64,000 bases of DNA, from NCBI GenBank assembly GCA_965287045.1, contig OZ336874.1, forward strand, positions 91,512,001-91,576,000, in the 5' to 3' direction. The stretch comes from Carcharhinus amblyrhynchos. Lineage: Eukaryota. The notes beneath the pieces were generated by a model. That model had not been told where the DNA came from. It saw nothing but the letters and a program-made list of their open reading frames with translations, and searched no databases. Both the position numbers and the translations under genes were made by a program. Of the stretch, positions 52,030-64,000 are shown one piece after another. Positions within the stretch are counted from its first letter, which is position 1, and each line of letters starts with the position of its first letter.

Positions 52030-53150
52030 AAACATCTCTTGGCATTTTACAAGGAGCACAAAACATGAGATTGAGCCAGAAGAGGAGATTTAGGGTGGGA
52101 TTTCCTGGCCATGCGCGCCCTGGAAAATCCTGCCTAAGGTCACCATTTCCAAGGTTTGCCTCTCTCTCGCTACAGTTCCTGTGGTGGGCCCCAGAATGGG
52201 AAAATTGGCCCTATCATGTCAGATGACCAACAGCTTGGTCAAAGAGGGAGGCTTTAAGGAGTGTTTTTTTAAATTCATGTATGGCATGTGGACATCACTG
52301 GCTGGGCCAACATTCAGTGTCCATCCCTAATTACCCTTGAACTGAATGGTTTGCTGGGCTGTGTCAGAGGGCATTTAAGAATCAACCACATTATTTTGGA
52401 TCTGGTGTCACATGTAGGCCAGATCAGGTAAGGATGGCAAATTTCTTTCCTTAAAAGGCATTTGTGGGTTCATACAATGATCAACAATGATTTCTTGGTC
52501 GCCATTAAACTTTTAATTTCTGATTCTTATTGAATTTAAATTTCACCATCTACCATGGTGAGATTTGAACCCAGGACCCCATAGCATTACCTGGGTCTCT
52601 GGGTCGCTAGTCCAATAGCAATATGAGAACGTCACCACGTCTCCTAAAGGAGGAAAATCAAGTATAAAAATGGTGACATTTAGGGAGGGAATTCCAGAAC
52701 TTAAGATCTGAGCAGCTCCACCAATGCTGGAGTGATTCAAATCAGAACTATCTAAGAGATGAAATGAGATGAATACACATATCTTGGTGGGCGAGAGGAG
52801 ATTCTAGGGATAGAGATAGGCCATAGAGAGATTTGAAAACAAGAATGTGAATTTTAAAATCAAGACGTTGATTGACTGAGAGCCAGTGTTGGATAACTAG
52901 CACAGAGGTGATAGGTGAGTGAGACTTGGAGCAATTCAAGATATGATATATGCAGCAAAATTTGAATGACCTCAAGTTTACAGAGGAGAGAATGTGGGAC
53001 ACCAATCAGGACTGCATTGGTATCATTAAGTCTAAAGATAATTAAGGCATGAATGATAGCAGTAATAGCAGATGAGCTGAGTGATGTTACAGAGGTAGAA
53101 ATAGTGACTGTGTGGGTTAGATTCTCTTCTCTGTGTCAAATATGACACCA
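52030..53150 (-). mobile_element. L2 LINE 3' region interrupted by a MITE (52093-52211) and a tRNA-SINE (52273-52645)
   Basis: SPITSVLVIQHWLSVNQRLDFKIHILVFKSLYGL, resembling the L2 HITPVL..LHWLPV..RI.FK motif. Confidence 0.75.
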
Positions 53151-53224
53151 ATAACCTAAAATTATTTAAGGAGTCAGAGCTGTGTGGCCTTTAATTTTAT
53201 TAAAATCTTCTTTTTTTCCCTCAG

Positions 53225-53380
53225 ATTAACCTGCAACGCACCATGAGAACCACAGGATTGATTAGCCAAGGTGCTAAGAGACTTGGCAGCCCAGAGTATG
53301 TGAAATCGTACAAGATTGCTTACAGTAGTGATGGTAAAACTTGGACTACTTACAAAGTAAAAGGCACCTATGAGGACATG
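53225..53380 (+). CDS. EDIL3: EDIL3 internal coding exon, discoidin domain 1 continued (too short for the ORF track)
   Basis: Acceptor tctttttttccctcag and donor gtaaga. Translates [52 protein letters not shown]. Phase 0/0 and directly continues WPWIQ. Confidence 0.97.
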
Positions 53381-53694
53381 GTAAGATGAAAAGTTTGAAG
53401 TGCCTTATGCTTTTAAACATCTATCAGTAAATTATAGTTCAGAATTTGAGAAAACATGATTCAAGTACATTCTGTTCTTTTCATGTACCTCAGTTTTCTA
53501 TCTTTACTTTTCTTATCTTTGTAGTAATTTATGCTGTAGTACTTTTTCAGACAGCAGCAGCCATTTAGAATTTAACCCAACTGACTAGATATTTTTTGGG
53601 TCATCACGGTTTTAAGCTCAAACCTGTTGCTAACATGTTCCAGCACAGGTCACTGCATTGTAATAAGGAGCAGTTGTTATTTCCATTTTTTACG

Positions 53695-54031
53695 TAGAAT
53701 TCCTACAGTGCAAAAGGAGGCCATTTGCCCATCGAGTCTACAGCGACTGTCTGGCAGAGTATCCTATCCAGGCCCTTTCCCCCCCCCCTACACCTGTAAC
53801 TCTGCACAACAGTCATGGCTAATCCACCTAACCTACACATCTTGGGGCACTAAGGCGTAATTTAGCATGGCCAATCCACCTAACCTGCGCGTCTTTGGAC
53901 TATGGGAGGAAACCTACGTACACACGGGGAGAACATGCAAACTGCACACAGACCGTCACCCAAGATCGGAATTGAACCTGGCTTCCTGGTGCTCTGAGGC
54001 AGCAGTGCTAATCACTGGGCCACCCTGCTGC
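53695..54031 (-). mobile_element. V-SINE
   Basis: Reverse complement of head, V domain and tail. Confidence 0.88.
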
Positions 54032-54457
54032 CTCAGTCTGAAATGTTAAAGCCTGTTATGTGTATTTATATTACATGGAAATCATCTGTTCCCCCAATAT
54101 AATCCTATTGGTGATTTCACTGAACTTTAGCAGTAGTCTAACTCACATGTGCTCACTCTATTCCTGTACCTTATTATTTCTTTGTTTACATTGTCTCTGT
54201 TTCAATCACTGATTCTATACTTACTGCTACCTTCTTAGAACAAATTGGCCAATTGATCCTGTTTTGTATGATTCATAACACCATGCCGTGCGCACTTACC
54301 CTGAGTCAAGGGGAACTCAAGTGGGTTTTTCATCACTGTTAAAAATGGAAATGTTCAGCTTTTAGGAGTTAATCAATTTTCTTCATACAATAACAATCTT
54401 TTATTCGGATTGGAGCTGGCTATGGTACAGCATGTCTCCTCATTTAATTTCACCTCC

Positions 54458-56869
54458 CTCATTTCAATAGATGGATGGACCAAGGTAGCATAAGTAAATT
54501 AAATTTCCAATGTTCTTGTTTCTGTATATGTGAGACAATTATGCATCAAAAATTTCAATAGCTGATATTAGGTTATGTCGCTGAATCTTAGATTATAGCA
54601 TTAAATTAACCTCAACAATTACAAGTAAGAGGATGTCAAACTGAGAAGAATTAATGTATTTTCTGCCACATGCAAATCATGCTTAATGGGATGGATGATT
54701 TATCCTAACAACCTTGAAGTAGAATGAAGGGTCAATGTTGGACGTAAACATATTGGTTTGTTTGAACAAACTAATATAGATTTTACTGTTTGTAATTTGC
54801 TTTCCAACTAAAATATCGAAAGAGACTTGCGGTTACTTGCTTCTTTCCTTACAACATTTTGCAATCTTTTTATGAAAATTTTGCCTGAGAAGGAATTGTT
54901 AAGTTATATAAAACCCAGTCCCCAGCTATTTTGTTCTGCATACCTCAATGACAACGAAGTGTACAGATTGTTAAGTACATTGGTGCATACCAATAGAGCA
55001 TGACCTATACAATCTTCCTGTATGCCTTGGTGGAAAAATAATGTTTCTTGAAGCTTGATATGGCTAGTTGTGAAAATGTACCAAATGGTTTGTCTGATGA
55101 ATGGCCCTTCAACGTAGCAGAAGAGAATCACCTGGCTTGAGGGACCAATTGGTGGTGAGAATGGGTAGTCACTACAGGGGATTGAATTCTGTCTTAGGCA
55201 AAAGGCATCTAGAATGCATATAGTAAACATTTAGGGAGCTGGGGAGCTGCGCTGGGGAGGTGACTGCTCACTACTGTACAGTTTTTCCTTATTTATAAGT
55301 ACCTACTTCCTGATGAAGTCTGTGAGCATCCATCATTACATTGGCGACAAGGATAGAATAGATTATGAGAACATTGCCTGTGGCTAACATATACAAGTAT
55401 CCAGTTTTAATCAAAGTCAGAAAGAGAAAGACACTCACCAACTGTCTGTCTTTGGGGGAATAGACCCAGTGAGATGTTGAGATAGCCAGACCCTGAGGAA
55501 TCAATGCAGAATGAACCTGGAATGGCCGTACAGTCAGAAACTTAGAAATATATAGAAAAACATGAGAAAATAATCCTCAGAAGCAAGAGTTGTGATTTTG
55601 AGTTGAAGGAAATATGGAACTCAAGTTTAAAAAAAGACATAGAGTTGCTGTCAAGATTTTTTTGAAGGGACAAAGGGTTGTGTTTTGGATGAAAAGAGAA
55701 AAATGTCCTAAGGAACTGTAAAACATGTGTCAGAAATGTTGATAAATGAAAGGCTGAGATTAATGGGCTCCTGATCCAAATGGAGCCTGCATGGGGTGTG
55801 GGCAGGATTTCCTGCACTGAGAAAGAAAGTTATGAAATGTTAAAAGTGGCCCGTTGGATCACATCTTCAGTGAAATCAACAAAAATGGGCACATCAAAAA
55901 GCCAAGGGAAAATTGACTCTTCAAATGGCCAGAAGAACAAAAGAAAGCTACAGAGTCACTGAGTGAGTTTCCAGCAATAAAAATGAGAAGTTTGGAGGCT
56001 TGGAAAAGACGTGCAGCCAGGATTCGAGCCAAAACTTCAAAAGGGGAAGAAAAACACAGACAGAAGCTTCTGCTGCTCGGTGAAAAAGAAGTTGACAGTC
56101 TTAAAGCGGTAATGCATTTAACGTGGCAATGCACTTAAAACAGCAATCACAAGAAAAAACAGTGAACAGCTGGGTCCTAGCACTGATTCCTGTGGTACCA
56201 CACTAGTCACTGCCCGCCAATTGGAAAGACCCTTTTATTCCTGCTCTTTGCTTCCTGACCAGTTTATTCCTACTGTTTCTGTAAAGTTGTGGTACATTCT
56301 TATGAAGGGCAAAGGTAGGGCAAACATTGCCAGACCTCCCTGGATCTCAAAGCAGAGAAAAGGGGGCATATCACAGATGCCAAATTGATAATGAGATGGG
56401 AACGAGACTGAAAATAGGGTAAGTGAAGAAGAAAACGAGAAAGGCAAGAGGGAGTATGAGAAAAGATTGGCTACTATCCAAAAGCCTTCTCCAGACATAA
56501 AAAGGTAATATAGAGAATGGTTCAATAAGGGCTCAAAAAGCGACACTGGAGATAGAGGGCATGGTTGAGGTACTAAATGGGTGCTTAGCAACTCATTTCA
56601 ATAAACGGATGGACTGAGATAGCATAAGTAAATTAAAAATTCCAATGTCCTTTTTTCTGTATTTGTGAGACAATTATACATTAAAAGTTTCAATAGCTGA
56701 TATTAGGTTATGTCACTGAATCTTAGATTATAGCATTAAATTAACCTCAACAATTACCAGTAAAAGGATGTCAAACTGAGAATAATTAATGTATTTTCTG
56801 CCACATGCAAATCATGCTTAATGGGATGGATGATTTATCCTAACAACCTTGAAGTAGAATGAAGGGTCA
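54458..56869 (+). repeat. Local direct duplication of about 277 bp of AT-rich sequence (54458-54734 and 56592-56869)
   Basis: Both copies run from ctcatttcaata to gaagtagaatgaagggtca with scattered substitutions. Confidence 0.93.
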
Positions 56870-57612
56870 TTGAAACAAGATTTTGCCAATGTCACAGTAA
56901 AATAAGAGGCATTTGAAAAATTGGATAGTTTTGTAGGTATTCTAAAAGTTGACTATAATTTAAAACTAATGGCCAGGATTTTATGGCCTTGCTTGGAGCA
57001 AGACCAGAAAATCCTGCCCGAGACAACATACATTTCCATTGTCCACCCCTTGCCCGCTCCGTTTCCGTGGTGGGCAGAGTGGTAGAATTCCAGCGAATAC
57101 GTCACTAGGACCACATGCAAATGTTTAAGGATGATGTGGGAGGTAAATGCGGAAATTGCAGAGCCACCAGCCATAATCCCAAAACCCTCCTTAGAAACTG
57201 GGGTTGTGCCAGAGGATTGAAGAATTGAAAATCTAACACCAGTTTGGAAAAAGAAGTTACACGGATAAATCCAGCAGCTTGGACAAGTGTGGATCAATTA
57301 AGGAAATCTCTCATGGTAAAATTGTGTGAAACTGAGTGTAATGTGGTTGCTGCGGTTCACATGGACTTCAAGAGGCATTTGATAAATTGGAAAATAATGG
57401 ACTTTTCAACAAGTTGAGGATTACATGGGACAGTGGAAGCAGTGATATGGATTTGGTCGAGTGACAAGAAGCACAAAGTAGTGGTGAATGGTTGTTTTGA
57501 GACTGGAGGAAGACAGAAAGTGCAGCTCCCCATGGGACATTACTCAGACCACTATTTGTTGGATATATGTTAAGGACCTTGACGAGGTTGTACAGGGACC
57601 AATTACAAAATG
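56290..57612 (+). mobile_element. Degraded CR1 ORF2 interrupted by the duplicated segment and a MITE
   Basis: ggagtatgagaaaagattggc...gaggtactaaatg; gttgtgccagaggattgaagaattg; atggacttcaagaggcatttgataa. Confidence 0.7.
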
Positions 57613-59515
57613 TTTTTTTTTATTCGTTCATGGAATGTGAGTGTCACACTGGCTGGGCCAGACCAGACTTAATTGCCCTTGAGAAGGTGATGGTGAACTA
57701 CCTTCTTGAGCCACTGCAGTCCATGTGATGAAGGTACACTCTCAGTGCTGATAGGAAGGGATTTCCTGGATTTTTACCCAACAACAGATTAGGAATGGTG
57801 ATAAATTTGCAAGTCTGGATAGTGTGTGACTTGGAGGGGAACTTGGAGGTGGTGGTGCTCACATGTGTCTGCTGCCTTTGTCTTTCTAAGTGGGAGAGGT
57901 TGTAGGTTTGTAAGGTGCTGTGGAATGGACTTTGGTTGAGTTTCTGCAGTGTATCCTGTAAAGATACACATTGTGCATCGACAGCAGAGGGAATGAAATT
58001 TTATAGTGGTTGGTGGGGTGTCAGTCAACGGGCTGTGTTGTCCTGGATGGTGCCATGCCTCCTGACTGTTGTTGGAGCTGCACCCATCCAGGCAATTGAT
58101 GGGTATTCCATCACATTCCTAATTTGTTCTTTGTAGATGGTGCACAGGCTTTGGGAAGTCAGGAGGTCAGCTGCTCTCAGAACTTCTAGCCACAATATTT
58201 ACATGGCTAGTCCACTTCAGTTTCTGGTCAGTGTTAACCCCCAGGATATTGACAGTGGCTATTCAGTAGTCTCAACTGAGGAAGGGGTGGGTTTGCTGTC
58301 CGAGGCCTTGTCACAGCATCTCACCACCTACCCCATCACATAAAATTGCCGCAAGGTCGGCAGGTAGGAACATGGAGAAATCCCAGCCCTGCAGTTTCAC
58401 ACCCCCACCCCCACCTCACCTAAAAACCTGCCAGAAGGGTAGAAGATTCTGACCTTGAAGTACAAAAACAAGGAAGGTATGATAAACCTTTATAAAACAC
58501 TGGTTCATCCTCATTTAGAGTATTGTGTCCAATTCTAGGCAACGCACTTCTGGAAGGATGTGAGGTCTGTAGTATGACAATTAAGGATTTCAGTCTACTT
58601 TTACAGCTATAAAACACTGGGCAGGTTGGCCTGGGTAGAGATCATTTTTGAAATGGATTCTTACAAAGATGACAAGGAAAATGGGGGAAAGGGGAGGGCT
58701 CATCAATCATTGGCAGTCTATTCACTCCTTCCAAGATGTCAACCCATCTTTTTATCCTCTCCACCTGCCCTGCAGACCCCACACCCAACCTCCTAACACC
58801 TTAAGCTCTCCAATATCTCCCCTCCCTGGAGATAAAGCCTGGTAAAGCCTGGGACTTACCTGTCTCTGAAGACCATGATCTTCCTCCCTGGGTCTGCCTA
58901 TTGTCCCGGCAGCATCCACGACTGAATTCTGATGCTACTGGGGCTGCTGAGGTACTGGCCAATCACAGTGGAGAGCAGCTCCTCAGGTGGGACTTCCTGT
59001 TCTCTGAAAAGGAGAACTCCGACCCTTAGTTTGTTGAGCCCATCACTAACATGTTATCATGGTGGAGTAAGCTTTTTAAACGTCGCTCCATTCAGGATTA
59101 ACTTTCCCTCCCCCTCCATTCCCCCCTCTCCACCATGAAATCTAGCCCATTCTGACATATTTTTGTAACTCCTTAAGTCAATTTTGAGGAGGTTTGAGCT
59201 CCAGGTCACAGCCGTTCACCAGGTCAGAGTCATGGCGGATCTAAAGAGTGTCCAGGGCTCTGGAAATGTTTGAATGCCCATGTGATAGGTATGAAGACGA
59301 GTTTATGTTATCGTGCAGGAAGATCAAGAGTCAGAGAGCAAAGAAAATAGCACATTGAAGAAGAGTAAGATATAATTCCAGTACCCACAATAGAAATTAA
59401 AGTCAGATACTTACAATTTGCTTTTATCTTTGAAACAACGGCAGCCATGTCTATTATCTCAAAAGGAGAATACAATAAGTCTTTAATTCACATTCCCTTA
59501 TTCTAAACTGTAGAG

Positions 59516-59837
59516 AGTGGTTAGTGCTGCTGCTTCATAGCTCCAGGGAGCTGGGTTCGATTCCCGGCATGGGTCACTGTCTGTGTGAAGTTTGCACATT
59601 CTCCTCATCTCTGCGTGGGATTCCTCTGGGCGCTCCGGTTTCCTCCCACAGTCCAAAGATTTGCAGCTTAGGTTGATTGGCCATACTAAAATTGCCCCTT
59701 AGTGTCCTGAGATGCGTAGGTTCGAAGGATTAGCAGGTAATGTGTAGGGATGTGGCGGTAGGGCCTGGGTGGGATTATAGTCAGAGCAGACTCGATGGGC
59801 CAAATGGTCTCTTTCTGCACTGTAGGGTTTCTATGAT
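59516..59837 (+). mobile_element. V-SINE
   Basis: Head (5'-clipped), V core and tail. Confidence 0.9.
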
Positions 59838-60567
59838 AAACAAACTACTTATTCTAATAAGAATATTCCAGTGTTAGGTGAAGTTAGTATCAGAGTGGAA
59901 TATGATGATATATCCTATTATTTGCCACTGGTAGTGATGGAAGGGAACAAAGTCTCGCTGATGGGAAGGACTGGCCTAAGGACATATGCATAAATGGGGC
60001 CTGGCTATTTACAGTAAGGATCAGTAAGAGTATGTATGTGTGTCACCAAGGAAGTGGCAAGAAAGCACAGAGTGGTCTTTGAGCAAGGATGACAAATAAT
60101 GAAACAAGGCTGAAGTCAAGATAAAAGACAATGCGTAGGTAGGCTAAGCATGTGCCTTTTGCGCAGGTACAACACATCTAGTTGCCACTCAATTAAATGC
60201 AACAACGTACATCATAACTGAAACTGTCTGCTCAACTGCTTTCCTGTCCTTGCAAACATCACTCTGCCACACTTCTGCTGACAGTAAAACCTGACAAGTT
60301 AGTTGAAATCAAACAGACTGCACCTCCCTTACCACTCCACTTGTTCAATCCACTTACCATCTCAGTGCCCCATCTAGAGCAATCTTCCAGAGCATGACCT
60401 ATCAGTCCATATCCTTTGGATCAAGGAATGTGAAGCATGGGAAGTCACCAACAAGATTCTTGTGACAAACCACATCTATAGGGTGGCAGAGTTTGAACTG
60501 TCATGGCAGATAGATTCAGGACAGACCAGAACTCTGTGCAACCAACCTCCACTGCTGGGTCTTAGTA

Positions 60568-61547
60568 AGACGTGGAGACCCTGGAGAGAGTGCAGAGGAG
60601 GTTTACCAGGATGCTGCCTGGTATGGAAGAACTGGGCTATGAGGAAAGATCTAATAGAGGTATATAAGATTATGAAGGGTATAGATAAAGTAAACAGTGG
60701 TAAGCTTTTTCCTAGATTGGAAACGCACATTACGAGGGGCCACAGGCTTAGGGTAAGGGGGGTGAAGTATAATTCGGATGTTAGAGGGATGTTTTTCACA
60801 CAGAGGGTAGTGGGGGTATGGAATGCTCTGCCAAGCAAGGTGGTGGAGGCAGGCACGCTGGAGTTGTTTAAGAGTTACTTAGATAGGCACATGAGCGGGA
60901 TGGAGATGGAGGGATATAGGAGACTGTTTTAAATAAGGTTCAGGAGCTTGGGATGCCCCTGGAAATCAATTGATTCCTATGGACCTTCCAACGTATTTTC
61001 TGGCTCACTTGTTTTACTTTTGAGCTTCTGGGGATTCCCTTGAATGTTTGTATAAGGATGTGCATGGTATTGATGTTTTTCTCTTTTAATCCACAGGTGC
61101 TTCGGTCCGCCTTGTTGTCCAACAAGGGGCATACACGCGATGGGTCATACAAGGGCTGCTCTTGGTTGTTTCGAGAGTAGCCTAGTACTTCACATCGTTA
61201 GTGTACGCTTAAACTGGACCAGATGCTGGGCAACACGACAGCTCAGTGACTATCACTGTTTGCTGTGCAGACACATGGATTTGGGCCAGTGTCTGTGGGA
61301 GTTTTTGCATTCTCCCTGTGCTTGTGTGGGTTTTCTCCGGGTGCTCTGGTTTCCTCCCACACCCCAAAGATGTGCTGTTAGGCTGATTGGTGTTACAAAT
61401 TGTCCCTAAATTAGTCTTCCCTCAATGTGGAATGCCATAAGCATAGACAAGGGTCATGGGTGGAGGGGGGACTCATAATGTGAAAATGGCGGCATGGGCT
61501 TGTTGGGCCGAAGGGCCTGTTTCCCGTGCTGTGTTGTTCTTTGTTCT
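60568..61547 (+). mobile_element. 5'-truncated CR1 LINE with a 615 nt composite 3' UTR (copy B)
   Basis: ORF2 end DLIEVYKIMKG...FFTQRVVGVWNALP with stop at 60930-60932 and an internal deletion near 60650. (ttctttg)n tail. TSD TTAGTA at 60562-60567 and 61548-61553. Confidence 0.93.
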
Positions 61548-61880
61548 TTAGTACAAACCCCTTAGGCACTAGTGGAAATTTCCACCGATGCTGCATGTTA
61601 CCAAGGAATGTCCCTTTTACCAACTAAGTGACAGATACTGGGGAAATGAGGAGGCCATTGCTTGGCTTTAGATTTTGACATTCACTAAAATATAAAATAA
61701 CATGTACTGATAGAAATAGTGAGTAAAGAGCAAAATAGATTAGAAAGAACAGGAGCAATTAGGAAAGCAAAGATCAAGGAATGGGTCACACCCATGGTGG
61801 TAGTTCAAGTAGCAGACTGGTCATTTGGATTTGTGATGTTTTTGAGCATATGATAAATCAGGTGAGTGAGAAGGCTCTGA

Positions 61881-62450
61881 GGGTGGCACGGTAGCACAGA
61901 GGTTAGCACTGCTGCTTCACAGCTCCAGGGACCTGGGTTTGATTCCTAGCTCAGGTCACAGTGTGGAGTTTGCACATTCTCCTCATATCTGCATGGGTTT
62001 CCTCCGGGTACTCTGGTTTCCTCCCACAGTCCAAAGATGTGAGGGTTAAGTTGATTGGCCATGCTAAAAAAATGCCCCTTAGTGTCCTGAGATGCGTAGG
62101 CTAGAGGGATTAGTGGGTAAAATATGTAGGGACATGGGGGTTGGGCCTGGGTGGGATTATGTTTGGTGCAGACTCGATGGGCCGAAGGGCCTCTTTCTGC
62201 ACTGTAGAGCTCTAAGAACATAAGAACATAAGTAATAGGAGCAGGAGTAGGCCATCTAGCCCCTCGAGCCTGCCCCGCCATTCAATAAGATCATAGCTGA
62301 TCTGTCGTGTCTCAGTTCCACATTCCCGCCCTCTCCCCATAACCCTTAATCCCCTTGCCTATCAAAAACCCATCAACCCGCGTCTTAAAAATATTTAGCG
62401 AGGCAGCCTCCACCACTTCAACGGGCAGAGAATTCCAGAGATTCTATGAT
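61881..62450 (+). mobile_element. V-SINE with an antisense young CR1 3' end (62214-62443) inserted in its tail
   Basis: The SINE tail actgtagag...attctatgat is split by (taagaaca)n-started CR1 sequence matching 42684-42922. Confidence 0.9.
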
Positions 62451-62849
62451 AAGGATACTGCCTACCAGTGAAGATTTGTTTTCTAATATGCCAATGGAAA
62501 GGTGTTAAGTAAGATAGATCTGCCAAATACATATTTGCAATTAAAATTAACTGCAAAATGCAAGGAATTGCTTACCATTCACATTTCTCTAACAATCTCT
62601 CTGTAAACCTTGGTGGAATAAAATCTATGTAAATGGACTGAAAGACCCAGCCAGAATTTGAAAGAAGCCAGATGGTTTAATTAAGAGTACATCGGTAGGG
62701 TGAAGAAATAAATTGTTCCTTTCATTACTTCTTGTCAAATGTTATATTTTTGTTAAACACATAATGGTGTTAAGGAAAGTTTTATATATGTAAATTACTA
62801 TGGCGATATCAGCCAGTTATGTTTTGTTTGTGATTATAGTAGAAACAGT

Positions 62850-63176
62850 GGGCAGCACAGTGGCAAGTGAGCAGCACATTGGCACAGGAGTTAGCACTGC
62901 TGCTTCGAGCGCCAGGGACCCGGGTTCGATTCTCGACTTCGGTCTCTCTGACTGTGTGGAGTTTGTACGTTCTTCCCGTGTCTGCGTGGGTTTCCTCCGG
63001 GTGCTCCGGTTTCCTCCCACAGTCCAAAGACGTGTGGGTTAGGTTGATTGGTCATGCTAAATTGACCCAATTTTCAGGGAGATTGGCAGGGTAAATGTGT
63101 GGTGTTAGGGTGGGATTGTTGTTGGTGCAGGCTCGATGGACCAAATGGCCTCCTTCTCTACTGTAGGGGTTCTATG
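62850..63176 (+). mobile_element. V-SINE with partially duplicated head
   Basis: gcagcacagtggca...gcagcacattggca, B box ggttcgattc, V core and tail. Confidence 0.9.
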
Positions 63177-63459
63177 TATAAGAAACCACCTCATAAATTT
63201 TCAGCTATTGTTCTTATTAGCTGAATCATATTTTATTCCGTACATGTACCATTTTACATTTTAATGTGCACTTTTTTTAAATGGGGAGGGATTGTAGTAT
63301 ATTGTACAATATGCACTTTGTTATAATGATCTCTCTACTGCCCTCTCTGTTGGGAAGATGCAAATAAGGTTAGTTCGTGCTGTGAGTCCACAGGTTAATC
63401 TTTTCTCAGTGCAATACACAGGAAAGCCTTGTGAGAGGATGTGGAAAAACTTTACGGGA

Positions 63460-63740
63460 ACAGTTCGAGGATGAGAGACTTCAGTTAGGATTACAATGGT
63501 GGATTGGAAAAACTGAGATTGTTCTCCTTAGAAAAGATAAGGTTGATGGGAGACTCAATTGTAATGTTCAAAATCATGAGGGATCTGGATATAGTTTGTC
63601 GAGTGAATTCAAATTGTAGATCTAACTGCGTCATTGAAAAGAGAATTGGATACGTGCCTGAAGAGAACATATTTGCTGGGCTAAGGAGAAAGGACAGTGG
63701 CTGGTAGAGTAGCACCTGCAGAACTTGGGCAAAACTGGTT
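63460..63740 (+). mobile_element. Degraded CR1 3' end
   Basis: EKLRLFSLEKIRLMGDSIVMFKIMRDLD. Confidence 0.75.
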
Positions 63741-64000
63741 GAATGGCCCTTCAATGCCAGTCAATGCTCATTTGAGCAAGAAATGGCAGTGAGTCTGTCA
63801 GGGTTGGCATGAAGCCTCGCCGGATAACAGGTGCCACAAGCACTCACCCTCTGGAAAATTCAGGCCAATAATAGTTCAGTTTGTCCTGTAAAGAGCAATG
63901 ACCACCATCAGCATCATTTTAAATAAAAGCCTAACAAAGAATTATTCACCCTTTGATTCTGTTCAGTTTTATAGCATTTTGAGTAAGCAGCCCACATGGG

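Larger units (their letters stand above)
59200..62640 (+). mobile_element. Ancient Ty3/Gypsy internal region (protease and RT remnants) fragmented by later insertions
   Basis: VLGEVSIRVEY...LPLVVMEGNKVSLMGR (about 59870-59975), LERTGAI...EWVTPMVVV (about 61740-61810), LPTSEDLFSNM...SKIDLPNTYLQL...LLTI (about 62458-62580). Confidence 0.72.

Noticed and set aside
61097-61180. Next genuine EDIL3 exon (strong acceptor, starts VLR)
   Set aside because: The expected sequence is VFRGN.DNNTPYANSF. This one diverges at once, stops after 27 codons and lies inside a LINE. The real exon appears to be beyond the window.
61104-61220. 5S rRNA or SINE3 origin of the structured domain (similar length, TAGTACTT motif)
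   Set aside because: Only an 8-mer is shared. Helix order and the position of UAGUA do not fit 5S, and there is no 5S A or C box context.

Overview
This is vertebrate DNA, most likely shark (chondrichthyan), judged from the repeat families present (HE1-like V-SINEs, CR1, Deu-SINE, Rex/Babar, Penelope). The only host gene is EDIL3 (Del-1) on the + strand. Three internal coding exons (1100-1213, 13195-13376, 53225-53380) splice in frame and encode the third EGF-like repeat and most of the first discoidin (F5/8 type C) domain. The introns are about 12 kb and 40 kb and are filled with nested transposable elements, so almost all ORFs in the supplied track are TE fragments or noise. The most unusual observation is two diverged CR1 LINE copies (46583-48007 on -, 60568-61547 on +) that share a 520-615 nt composite 3' UTR. 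In order, it contains a conserved branch point, pyrimidine tract and AG acceptor; a ~117 nt multi-helix RNA domain whose differences mostly preserve base pairing; a captured V-SINE with its Pol III B box deleted; and a normal CR1 tail. Repeat boundaries were read by eye and are approximate unless a junction is quoted.
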